This document shows, piece by piece, positions 33,501 to 40,419 of a DNA stretch of 64,000 bases. The notes under the pieces were generated by a model. It made no database searches, was not told where the DNA came from, and saw only the letters and a program-made list of their open reading frames with translations. Both the position numbers and the translations under genes were made by a program. The stretch comes from Naegleria gruberi (taxonomy: Eukaryota): NCBI GenBank assembly GCA_000004985.1, contig GG738847.1; one strand, given 5' to 3'. How positions within the stretch are numbered: position 1 is the stretch's first letter; every line of letters starts with the position of its first letter.

Positions 33501-34943
33501 CTTCAAAACTCTATTAAGATCACAAACGAACCACCTCAAGATCTCTCAGCAAATCTCCACAGAGCCCTTTCGAACTTTTCTCAAGAATTCTTTGAGTCCT
33601 CAATCAAGCAAAGCGAATTCAAGACTATATTATTTGCTCTCTGTTTCTTCCATGCAGTTGTATTGGGTAGAAGAAAGTTCGGCTCTCAAGGATGGAGTAG
33701 AAACTATAGTTTTAACAATGGAGATTTGACAATCAGTGCAGACGTCTTGTATAACTACTTGGAAACCAATGATGCCATTCCATGGGAAGATATCAGATAT
33801 ATCTTTGGTGAAATTATGTATGGTGGTCATATTACTGATCACTGGGATAGAAGAACATGTACAACCTATCTCAAATGTTTACTTAAAGAACAATTATTCG
33901 ATGAAACAGAGTTAGCCCCTGGATTTAATGCTCCACCTTCAATGAACACTCTTGATGAATACCATGAATTTATCAATGAAAAACTTCCAGCAGAATCCCC
34001 ATTGCTGTTTGGCCTGCATCCAAATGCTGAAATTGACTTTTTGACAAACCAATCTGAAAGTTTATTCAAAGCCATAATCAAGATTAGAGGTGAAAGTAGT
34101 AATACATTTGTTAGTGATCATGTTGAAGATACACTTGCTCTCCAAATCGATGAATTATACAATACCCTCCCTGAAAACTTTGATTTGGATGAAATCTCTG
34201 GAAAGGCTGATAAGAAGATACCATTCGTTGCTGTCTGTTTGCAAGAATGTGAAAGAATGAACATCTTACTCAGTGAGATTAAGAATTCATTGACAGAATT
34301 GAAGATGGGTCTGAATGGTGAATTGACAATGTCAGAGCAAATGGATAAGTTGAAAAAGAGCTTGTCTTATGACCAAGTTCCAGCTCGTTGGGAGAAGGTT
34401 GCATATCCATCTGTTAAACCATTATCCCTTTGGTTTGAAGATCTTATTAAGAGAGTGAGACAATTAGAAGAATGGAGTTCAGAGCTGACTCTCCCAAAGG
34501 TACTTTGGTTATCAGGTCTTTTCAATCCGATGGCTTTCTTGACAGCCATTATGCAAACATCTGCCCGTAAGAATGGTTTCCCTCTTGATAGAATGTGTAT
34601 TCAAACAGAAGTCTTGAAAAAGACCAGATCTGAAATTCAACCTGTACCTCCAAGAGATGGTTGTTATGTTGATGGTTTTATTTTAGAAGGTGCAGGATGG
34701 GATATCAAGAGCAATGTTCTCAAAGATAGTGACCTTAAAGTTCTTCATTCACCAATGCCAGTCATTCACATCAAAGCTGTTCCAATTGATAAGAGAGACA
34801 CAAAGAATATTTATGAATGCCCTGTCTATGTTACTCCTCAAAGAGGTCCAACCTATATCTTTACTGCCCAATTAAAGACCAAACACGATGTATCCAAATG
34901 GGTATTAGCAGGAGCTTGTTTACTCCTACAAACATACAAATAA
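21504..34943 (+). CDS. Axonemal-type dynein heavy chain (~4,480 aa); at least 2 exons (21504..21531, 21600..34943), and the 5' end may extend further upstream
   Basis: AAA1 P-loop is GPAGTGKTET followed by ...CSDQMN...FKGLASSGAWGCFDEFNRI. The GLA(Q/S)(S/T)GAW and NRI forms are the axonemal signature, whereas cytoplasmic dynein carries GLCQVGAW and NRL. AAA2 is GPAGSGKS, AAA3 is ANAGVGKTQ and AAA4 is GVGGSGKQS. Coiled-coil stalk and C-terminal domain follow. A GTAAGT donor at 21532 and acceptor ccttacag at 21599 keep the frame. An upstream ATG at 21413 may mark an additional exon. Confidence 0.9.
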   Translation: MNSELVRKQGKCSIRIWTYMKMIRVKIQKFLTVESEMMLFFIKSKEKEEIIVSAEPVIGGHKKGIVFLKHSPIKITTDNYVESLFYEDVFADPLLNLQRIVEGVYLPLLQSPKNQKGWPNVVAQDLIRQFHRFTGMLDLFIGHTRGSVVLPMPPVDETVETASQDRSLVHAFETSVIDWSKETRKVIELDSDKILDELEKEEKYQGPLFEIDFWQAKKTKLTDLAHQLSNDRVKMVISTLEKTQSSYVTGFKKMLDDLNFALDESETISKYFEPLRKYFQDLNDSTISVSDLGEVFKPILHLISLMWRKCEYFNTGHLYVLIREICNDIVTRIYNYIEPSELWTNPMKVVAEKLQISFNGCEEFKVLFFQYRDIVNRTNPQKTWKFESSKVFTRLNLFIERLHDLRTIALYIDDFLSLDKFDIGGVNGAELTGMMSQLFEEFVDQQQKIQNVSYDVLDLKEEQFERDFYKFCDAINDFDKRICFMINKALQLNTGFKFTFKLLESFESQARREKIRQEIEGKISNMLSVYSEEITKVSTIFNKNKENPPLLDNFPKVSGAIAWCYSLRERVTWPLEKFKEQPFLTTSSELQDIIQRHEKLMAQMKKYEDEIFNSWKEQLNVNSLSHLNDNIISRMPDKRLVVNFNPELSFCIQEVEHLKPYANAVPEEAIALFEKGDIYRAKVATMDLMVRQYNTVIQTLIDVEKPLLADRLTTVDNILVESTEKLTWQSDIDNFILQSRENVRDIYNRTNFLKGNVKTIEKMVESWMTISNLIITDNSGIEEMKEKKASKIFDMVGFWRQSTDSNPTFKVYSQWKSKVSANIKKLSDVIIQSERIGHIMESSRLKICPQSSSEEWNNYWRNYVLFVNSIIEKGVFNAVREGLTFLINSFSGKNDMIALNSKTLSNIFITVKLELYSNDAVFTPNLIESTNSVHNSVKIWVSRVIGLASMVKRLDEVTTFEKVIKDDENINGLRQKVFSLMGNTINDMNDLREKFCEFSHLWEEDPREYLARFIKSGGDDVRFNSDSEVSDGENEDDEEEQENVVASLEEFEMQILKYEKIVLEIADLPDKASFGWLIVDSSPIKTALSNLASKWRFTFLDHLLSDVRSTLHEFNSFVKELKEGLCQPIPKDDYPKLVEMMRYIVRFKERPEHKQKDGLFDNLRETVQLLKKCSIVVPQEIILDLDDAKNKWSDLSKVYFEVKDKLSVVQDEEIKKISKEEIVFANVSEKLREDFVKDAPFYYSIGVDAAYERIDEVHERILVVEENMRELRDRQKLFGLMQNQGKLVRESRAELRLLKRVWDLVALVQSQIDEWKSIPFLKINDEELTEETKKFITELKSVDKRVKRWEVFIGLQNYVDNFMITLPLIQKLRNPGMRSRHWKQLMEKSKVDFTVTEKFSLSDLLSLNLHKYQDDVNEIVDKSEKEMKMEKQLKDLDALWSDLKFDFTVHTNGVEIVKVSEEVRESLEDNQLQLQSSSSSRFVEFFIEEIEEWLRKLGKVDTVINGLLDVQRKWLYLENIFIGTDDIRQQLPNDAKNFDAVDRELKLILTEAKKVMNIVSFCSSPGLEEKIVVLQDSLTSCEHQLSKYLETKKKAFPRFYFTSESDLLDILSKGGQSPHKILKHMPKLIQAVKTLKFRVDDNGNQTNEVIAIVSREDEEVSLTHPCILQGKVEDYLNDLLKAISRTLRDILSEAMLTYSSANREEWLSGYASQVILVTSQIYWTLEVNQAFEALEENNEAAMKNYYKKQVNQLNKLISLVQNDLEKGERQKIMNLVTLDVHARDIVDMLINENITSAQDFGWQCQLRQRWDAEHQDCIIDICDATFKYGYEYLGNGPRLVITPLTDRIYITLTQSLHLIMGGAPAGPAGTGKTETTKDLGSQLGKSVYVFNCSDQMNNESLADIFKGLASSGAWGCFDEFNRIAVEVLSVVSTQFKSILNAIRAKKDKFMFEGEEITLDRTNGVFITMNPGYLGRTELPESLKALFRPVTVVVPDLELICENMLMAEGFKEAKVLAKKFITLYSLNKDLLSKQDHYDWGLRAIKSVLVVAGSLKRAEPSMPETHVLMRALRDFNLPKIVQDDLEVFTGLINDLFPGIDPPRKVDLDFEGIAAEEITALKLQPEDSLILKVVQLAELLEVRHSVFIIGPAGSGKSVCWKSLAAAKKRRNEKVLVRFLDPKAITSHELYGYKSEQADEWKDGLLSSIMKNLSEREDTDPKWIILDGDLDTEWIESMNSVMDDNRILTLANNDRIPLLSHMRLVFEISHLKYATPATVSRAGILYIGEKDIGWQPYVASWIDQRPQAERAHLLILVDKYIPETLRFVKANFKHLIPLTDFHLIHSLFQILESLFAKNPTQGEKEVMENFFAFATIFSFMGAISDTEKKTNKMLFDKWWRSTYKSIKFPDDLLVFDCYYNPKTKLMEPWREIMPNYEYDADIPVPQIMVPTEETTCIRYLMDHIVDIGKPLMLVANAGVGKTQLISDKLNNLDILNFASTSISFNYYTDSESLQKFLEGSLESKGGKRLGPPGNKKMIFFIDDFNMPRVDAYGTQTPIALLRQHLDYGCWYERAKWNLKEIIKVQYIASMNPTAGSFTVNPRLQRHFVTLGINFPSRASLQKIYGSILAGHLKRFPLELASVCNNVVNGTLDLHEKVVNLFPKTANKFHYEFNLRQLSSVFEGLLRSEVNEFKEPKLGNLKFARLLTHEINRVYGDRLSSKDDLIIFEKELKNIVNDKFPEFGGEAIISKPLVFSHFVSGGDGAYDQFTSTESVRKVLEEALKRHNLTKTNMDLVLFEDALEHVCRINRIIKGANGNALLVGVGGSGKQSLSRLAAFVGDFEVCKIVITKDYGVNNLKEDLKNMYKKAGKNQKLVFLLNDNQIVDEKFLVYINDLLSTGNIPDLFAADEKEEIANSLRTEVKSAGIFDISKESCWKFFINKVRRNLHVVLCFSPVGESLRIRSRNFPAIINCTQIDFFFPWPKEALLSVADKFLKPEMPITGEHHPSIVKAMAFTHEKVNEFSSRFLNELGRYTYTTPKSYLEFLKLYKSLLYKKRELIKGLIDRLSQGIQKLRDTTMNVTKLQKQLETQEKEVKEREIAADIILEKVKKERTVVEAENKKALTEEKFAQEINQQVAQQTAECEGEVEKAKPILEKAELALQTLNKTELTELRSFRTPNVNVLLVFQAVLILLSTKSGVTKDLSWSAAQKAMARGSDKFLAVLEAYDSKNIYPHILTAIQPFMDNPKFTGEEIRKHSSASGGLCEWVRNTIEYNKTFVAVKPMFDSLEKSKLEKAAAEEKLAKVRKTVAKLNKQLKKIEGDYQAAEDEKNAALDIAKKTQEKLDLAQRFVRALSSENARWLEEIQKLQTLNNVLIGDVLLASAFISYAGSFDMRFRTELTEAWKQEIIGELKIPTSENLNLLEVMTDDAEIAKWGNQKLPSDKTSIENGCILLNCERWPLVVDPQLQAITWIKNHYKDLIILRLEQPDIIEKMERAIQKGQTVLIENIKETIDAVLSPVIGRNIIQSGSSKLIKLGNNEIDYHENFKLILHTKLNNPHYNPEIQAETTLINFSVTEEGLEEQLLALVVQKERSDLEEKKSELNTKKNEFKIKLKELEDNLLENLKYKGDLLGNVELITGLENTKKTSEEIKIQVLESIETEKDINAARENYRKVAKRGAILYFLLDQLQLVEHMYKYSLAAFNVVFNRAITKTEKVENEDLFVRIGKLIDSITYACYEYTERGLFERHKLIFMTNLCFTIHRDIFKPEHLNFLINCPADPNTPKENPFADWLSESCFKAIYKLSQLEGFEKLYDDIYNSGKRWKQWSMLEAPEKEGLPQDWKKKTNFEKLLIIRALRPDRITQALKEFVGEIMGDKFVQSIPFSLDKIFAESRPNTPLFFILFPGADPIKNIEALGKRLGFSEENDKFVNISMGKGQEEHAEKTLRKSYEIGGWVVLQNIHLMQKWLPTLERTLEKLSEGSHKDFRVFLTAEPTLNPVIPQSILQNSIKITNEPPQDLSANLHRALSNFSQEFFESSIKQSEFKTILFALCFFHAVVLGRRKFGSQGWSRNYSFNNGDLTISADVLYNYLETNDAIPWEDIRYIFGEIMYGGHITDHWDRRTCTTYLKCLLKEQLFDETELAPGFNAPPSMNTLDEYHEFINEKLPAESPLLFGLHPNAEIDFLTNQSESLFKAIIKIRGESSNTFVSDHVEDTLALQIDELYNTLPENFDLDEISGKADKKIPFVAVCLQECERMNILLSEIKNSLTELKMGLNGELTMSEQMDKLKKSLSYDQVPARWEKVAYPSVKPLSLWFEDLIKRVRQLEEWSSELTLPKVLWLSGLFNPMAFLTAIMQTSARKNGFPLDRMCIQTEVLKKTRSEIQPVPPRDGCYVDGFILEGAGWDIKSNVLKDSDLKVLHSPMPVIHIKAVPIDKRDTKNIYECPVYVTPQRGPTYIFTAQLKTKHDVSKWVLAGACLLLQTYK

Positions 34944-34995
34944 ATGAATAATGTTAATGAATAAAAAAGTTGTAAGATATCTTTTGAAATCTAAT

Positions 34996-37014
34996 TTATT
35001 CCTGTTTTCTTTTCTTTTTTTCCTTCTTTTCCTTTTTATGCTTCTTTCTCTTCTTCCTTTCCTCATCATCTGAGGATGAGTCCAACATTTTGCGAATATC
35101 TGAAATTCTTGACTCTAATTGAGCAATATAACTTGTTGTCGAATCTCTTTTCATTGGATAAACATTAAAATCCAATTTCTTTTTCTCCTCTTTCTTTTCT
35201 ACAACTTCTACCTCTTTCTTTTCTTTCTTTTCCTTTGACTTCATGCTCTCTAGCACAGCCTTTCTCTTCTCAATTAGAGAATGAGACGACACCTCTCCTT
35301 TAGATTCCTTCATTTCTTTTACTATATCCTTGAGGGAATTTACGCTATCAAAAGAGAGAATATCTTCAGACTTTTCATTACTCTTTGTTTGTTGAGGCGT
35401 GTGAATTCTATTAGAAGGTACCACTTCGTCATCGTGTTCTATAATATTCCTCACTTTGGTCTCAAATACTTGTTTGAATAAATCAATAGAAGGTCTAGCT
35501 CCATCTTCCATCTTGTCTTGATTTTTCACAGATTGATCTGGATTTTGCTCCACAATGAAATCTTTTGCCAATACATGCGATTGCTTTTGTGTTGTTTCAG
35601 TTGTGGTATTTACAGGAATAGATATTGGATTACATCCAAAACGTTTGGAGAGTAATGGTTCTGGTCTCCAATCTGAGATAGTTCTAGACTTTTCTCGATT
35701 CACTCGAGTAGTACTACTTTTTGATGCCTCAGTACTACCATTGTCAGATGAGGAAACAAATCTATTAGACATAGATTTGGCTAAATGTTGTTGCATTTCT
35801 TTGGATTTCTCGCTTTGTCTTGAAGATTCTACCGACTTTTGATTGAGATTTGTAGATTCAAAAAGCTTCTTTCGTCTCTCTTCTGCAGCCATCAAGTGCA
35901 ATTGAATTTTGTGGTCTAATTTTTTGTATTCCTTCTTGATAGCTTCTGTATTAAAAATGTGATTTGGTACAAAATCCTCAGGAACCTTTGGAGGCAAGTA
36001 TTTGGTTTGATTGAGGAAAGGTTGTTTTGATTTAATGAAAATCAACTTCTCATCCCACGTATTTTCCTCACTCTCTTGGGTTGTTCTCAGATCTATATCA
36101 TAATTACTCATATCATCTTCTTGGTAATACTCTTCTTCTGTGGTATTCTTCTTATTATTATGTACAGGTTTTTGAATATTTAATATATCATTAAGGGTTG
36201 AATGTTTGTATCCAATACCACATTTATCTTCCTTAATAATAACAGTCGATAATTTAGAATCTGTGTGCAATTCCACAGAATCTGTCTTGCTATATGATTT
36301 GACTCCAATACCTTTCGAAGGAATCCATCCCATTTTCTTCAATAAGGAATATCCTATATTTGTTTCATTTGAATCATAACTCCTATCATTCAAACTAATC
36401 AATTTTTCAGAACTGCCGAATAATGCTTCCAAATGTCTTTGATCTGAAGAATTAATCTTTCCTCCAAATAAATCAGAAATTGGATCAGCAATTACCTTGT
36501 TTGTCACTTTCATAAATTTATCTGTTGCTTGAACCTGTTTCGAACCACTCAATCCAAAAATCTCTTTCATATCCTCTTCATCCATAAAATCAGTAATCTT
36601 CCTCTCTAATCTAAAATCATTAGATGGATTCCAACCCTCCTTTGATCCAACAGTGTTGAAATAACCAGCAGAATAACCACCTGTAAAGGCTCCATGAAAT
36701 CTTCTTCTTCCCTTTTCATCGGTTGCATATTGTTGATGTTCGGAAGTGTATCTTTCTTGATTATGGGCTTTTAATTCTCTTTCATTCTCTTCATCACCAT
36801 CAAAGATTGGTGTTCCGAATAGAGTTTGATTATTTCTTCTTCTATTATGTGATGAAGAAGAATTGATTTGAGAATGTCCTAACCCTGCCCTTGATTCATG
36901 ATGAGAAGAAAACCCACCATGATGATTATTACTACTGGTTCCTTGTTGATGTGCTCGATTATTCCGCTGCTGATATTGTTGATGATTATTGTGCTTACTA
37001 TGATGATTAAACAT
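34996..37014 (-). CDS. GPATCH1: G-patch domain protein, GPATCH1-like
   Basis: The N-terminal conserved block RFHGAFTGGYSAGYFNTVGSKEGWNPS matches the GPATCH1 DUF1604 region. The G-patch is LLKKMGWIPSKGIGVKSY. The tail is KE-rich (KKEKKEKKKRKQE). 672 aa, single exon. Confidence 0.7.
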   Translation of the reverse strand: MFNHHSKHNNHQQYQQRNNRAHQQGTSSNNHHGGFSSHHESRAGLGHSQINSSSSHNRRRNNQTLFGTPIFDGDEENERELKAHNQERYTSEHQQYATDEKGRRRFHGAFTGGYSAGYFNTVGSKEGWNPSNDFRLERKITDFMDEEDMKEIFGLSGSKQVQATDKFMKVTNKVIADPISDLFGGKINSSDQRHLEALFGSSEKLISLNDRSYDSNETNIGYSLLKKMGWIPSKGIGVKSYSKTDSVELHTDSKLSTVIIKEDKCGIGYKHSTLNDILNIQKPVHNNKKNTTEEEYYQEDDMSNYDIDLRTTQESEENTWDEKLIFIKSKQPFLNQTKYLPPKVPEDFVPNHIFNTEAIKKEYKKLDHKIQLHLMAAEERRKKLFESTNLNQKSVESSRQSEKSKEMQQHLAKSMSNRFVSSSDNGSTEASKSSTTRVNREKSRTISDWRPEPLLSKRFGCNPISIPVNTTTETTQKQSHVLAKDFIVEQNPDQSVKNQDKMEDGARPSIDLFKQVFETKVRNIIEHDDEVVPSNRIHTPQQTKSNEKSEDILSFDSVNSLKDIVKEMKESKGEVSSHSLIEKRKAVLESMKSKEKKEKKEVEVVEKKEEKKKLDFNVYPMKRDSTTSYIAQLESRISDIRKMLDSSSDDEERKKRKKHKKEKKEKKKRKQE

Positions 37015-37259
37015 TTTTTTGTAATTTACCTATTTTTATCATCTAATTTAAATAAAAAAATAAACAAAGTGTTTGTTAAAGGCTACTATTTCTTCTTGTT
37101 CAACAGTTTTGTTTTCTCGTGAAATGTACATTAATGTTAGAATTTATTGTTGTTGTTGGGTTGCTTTGGAAGAGAAATTCTTCATCATGAAAGGAAAGCG
37201 CCAAACTCGAAAAATATTAAAAAAAAATTGGAAACTAAAAAAACCGTTTCCTTGTTTTT

Positions 37260-39011
37260 TTGCCCATCACATCATCATCATTTGTTTTATTTATTGTTAT
37301 CATGTCTGATTCATCATTATCTTTCTTTCAGAAGGAGACGATTCAAGTGATCGCTCAATCTGTGGGCATTACTAAATTAAAAGATGAAATTGCTCAAGCT
37401 TTGGCTCTTGATGTTGAATATAGAGTGAGAGAAATAATACAAGATGCTTCAAAGTGTATGAAACATGCTAAGAGAGGAGTTTTAACTACAGATGATATTA
37501 GTAATGCCTTGGCAATGAAGAATATCGAGGTAGGTAACTTTGTATATTATTTGATGATCATGAATGTTGTTTTAGCCACTTTACGGATTCAAAGGACAAT
37601 CATCACAACCAAATAGATTTAGGAGAGTTAAACAAACGAAAGATTTATACTTTTTGGAGGATGTAGAACTTGATTTGAAGGATTGTTTGGAAAAACCTCT
37701 TCCAAAGATACCAATAGGACCATCAATATTTACACACTGGTTGGCCATTCAAGGTATTCAACCAAAGATTCCTCAAAATCCTACTATTGAAGAAACAGAA
37801 TCGGAAAGAAAGAAGGAATCAAAAGATAAGGATCAATCCAAGAAAGTTTCATCATCACACGATCCTAATGTAGAATTTAAACCACTTGTCAAACATATAT
37901 TATCGGAAGAACTCCAAATGTACTTTGAAAAAGTTACAGAAGCTATCAAAGATACTACAAACCAAAAGAAAGAACTAAGAAAAGCTGTCATTGAAAGCTT
38001 GGCAACTGATTCTGGTATTAATCAACTCGTCCCTTATTTTACTCAATTTATTGCTAGTGAAGTCACAAATAATATGAGAAATTTGACTCTTCTTTATAGA
38101 TTGATGGAAATGACAAAAGCACTTCTTGTCAACCCAAATATTCATATTGAACTTTATGTATGTACTGCTTTGAATCATTTTAAATCTTATCATAGTATTA
38201 GCTTCATCAAATAATGCCTTCAATTCTGACTTGTATTGTTGGTAAAACTTTATGTGAAAATCCATATGAAAACCATTGGGGACTTCGAGACTTTTCAGCA
38301 AATACTATTGCCTATATTTGTCGCAAGTAAGTTTCTATTATATTTTTGAAACAGTATTCATCAAATATTTAAAGATTTGGCTCCTCATATCATACCCTCC
38401 AACCCAGAATTACTAAAACATTGCTTCATGCATTTTTAGATCCAAAAAGGTCAAGGGCAACTCATTATGGTGCTATTGTAGGAATTACAGCTCTAGGATC
38501 ACATGTAACACAACTCTTGCTCTTGGAACCTCCTAAGAATTCTAACCTTAAAATATTTTGCAATTTACTCCTTCCTGAACTTGTTTCCTCTGACATGAAC
38601 ACTAAACACCAGGCCTTTATGTGTTACAAAGCATTATTAACAGCCCCTGGAAACTTTTTCACTCAACTTGCTAGGTTTTTCAAACTTGAACAACAGGAAC
38701 GTGTGAGAGATCTTGGAGAAAATTCAAATGTTATTGAAGAGGATGATAATTATTACGAATCTCCTCAACTTGATTCATCAAAGAAGAGAGATTCCAACAA
38801 ATCAGAGGAGGTTCTAAAGATTGAACAATTGACCAGAGAAATGAGAGAAAGAATGAATTCATCCAATATTCCAGAAGATGTTTCTGAAAGATATTCAGAA
38901 TTCTTTGATTTGTTTGGTGAATCAGTATTTTCCTTCATTGACTATGATGTTTATAACAAGAAACCTGACAACTCTCCTGATGCATTCCTGCTTCGTGACT
39001 TGATTTTGTAA
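37260..39011 (+). CDS. TAF6: TFIID subunit TAF6; 4 exons (37260..37529, 37576..38157, 38202..~38326, ~38375..39011)
   Basis: Exon 1 histone-fold reads IQVIAQSVGITKLKDEIAQALALDVEYRVREIIQDASKCMKHAKRGVLTTDDISNALAMKNIE. From memory, human TAF6 reads [63 protein letters not shown]. Exon 2 starts PLYGF, as in human. Exon 3 reads LHQIMPSILTCIVGKTLCENPYENHWGLRDFSANTIAYICRK, against human LHQLMPSVMTCIV...[21 protein letters not shown]. Exon 4 reads FGSSYHTLQPRITKTLLHAFLD...THYGAIVGITALG, against human ...QSRITKTFTKSW...TRYGSIAGLAELG. Introns are 46, 44 and ~48 nt. Confidence 0.75.
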
Positions 39012-39275
39012 TTAAACTTTTTAATGTACATTTCAACATAACTGGTCTGGATGACATTGTTGGTTCAAATGAGCAAACAGACAATTATTCTACCTCAACC
39101 ACAGTAAAAAAACAAAATTTCATTCCACAATTTCATCTTACAAAGAATGGAATTAAGGATGTTAATTTAAAATCAGTATCGTGATCGAGCTAGATCACAG
39201 TTTTGTGTTCAATTGTAAACTCTCGGTTTTTCATATTCAGAATGCAATTGTTTTATTTATAGAAAAACAAAAAAA

Positions 39276-40373
39276 ATGCAAACAAGAAACATACTCGTGT
39301 CCGGACTGGGTGGTGGTCTCGATATTCAAAATGCTCTTTTATTATTTAAACTTTTAAAGAATACACAAAAACACTCGAGTGAGCTTTCTGATGATTTTCA
39401 ATTTAATATTGCTAATGTATACCTTGGTTCAGTGAGACCTTGTCGCCAAGAAAATATCAATGATCCGATTGATACAACAATTTCACCATTTGTAACTGTG
39501 ATCGGAGCAAATAGTACAATTTCTATCAAGGGAAGATATTTTGAACCAACAATTGCAAAAGAATTAAATGAAAATGTAATCATGATGACAGGTTCAGTGG
39601 ACAAGACACCTACTGTTGACACTTTGGCAATTGACAATTTGAAAGAAGGATTGAAAGCACTTACAGAAAAGTATCAATTGACTGATTTGATATTTGTTGA
39701 TGGTGGTGGAGACTCTTTGATACTAGACAGTAATGACACAATTGATAAGGTAGGTCTATAATTGGAGTAATATTGATTCAATTTACAAAAAAAGATTCAT
39801 AACAATGTATTTATTGGTGGAGATGCTGTATGCTTAGCTGCTCTCCATAAATTGTCTTTGGAATTACCAAATATCAATATAATTCAAGGAATTATTGCTG
39901 TTGGATTGGATGTTAACAGGAAAGCATTCAAAAAGAATGTTAAAGAAATTGGAGAACGTGGAGGATATTACGGAAGAGTAAATTTTTCAACAGGAAAATC
40001 AGTTGACACAAGAAATCATACCAATGTTTTTGTAAACTCTCTCACACGTTACATATTTGAAAATCAAATTGTAAGAGAGGCAACTTTACAGGAATTCTTT
40101 GAAGTTGCAGAAAAATATCTTGTCCTCACACCAGAGCACTGTAAAATCAAAGACGATCCAAAAGCAACAGAGAAGAGATTTATGAGTCATACTGCAGTTG
40201 TGACCTATCATGCTTTGAAGAATAATTTTGGACTTCAAAGGACATTTGTTCCTTGGGAACCAAAATTGAAGGAAGGAAAGGGAGTAGTTGTAGATGTTGA
40301 CCATCAGTGGCTCTACCTACTCAATCCAGCCACTGCTGAGCAAATTAAAATTGACAAATTTAACACTGAATAA
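39276..40373 (+). CDS. Protein of unknown family with two glycine-rich loops (GLGGGLD ... VDGGGDS); 2 exons (39276..39749, 39795..40373) with a 45-nt intron
   Basis: Donor is GAT AAG|GTAGGT and acceptor is ...caaaaaaag, joining in frame to IHNNVFIGGDAVCLAALHKLSLELPN... (~351 aa in all). N-terminal VSGLGGGLD and mid-protein LIFVDGGGDSLILD suggest phosphate- or nucleotide-binding loops. I have no confident family match. Confidence 0.5.
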
Positions 40374-40419
40374 AAACTTTCCCGCCAAATAAATTGTTCA
40401 ATTTTTAAATTTAAAAAAA

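Noticed and set aside
37073-37350. Short ORFs (37073-37309, 37147-37350) upstream of TAF6 that look like small basic proteins.
   Set aside because: They are low-complexity A/T-run translations of the GPATCH1-TAF6 bidirectional promoter region. The TAF6 ATG at 37260 lies inside them and has strong homology support.
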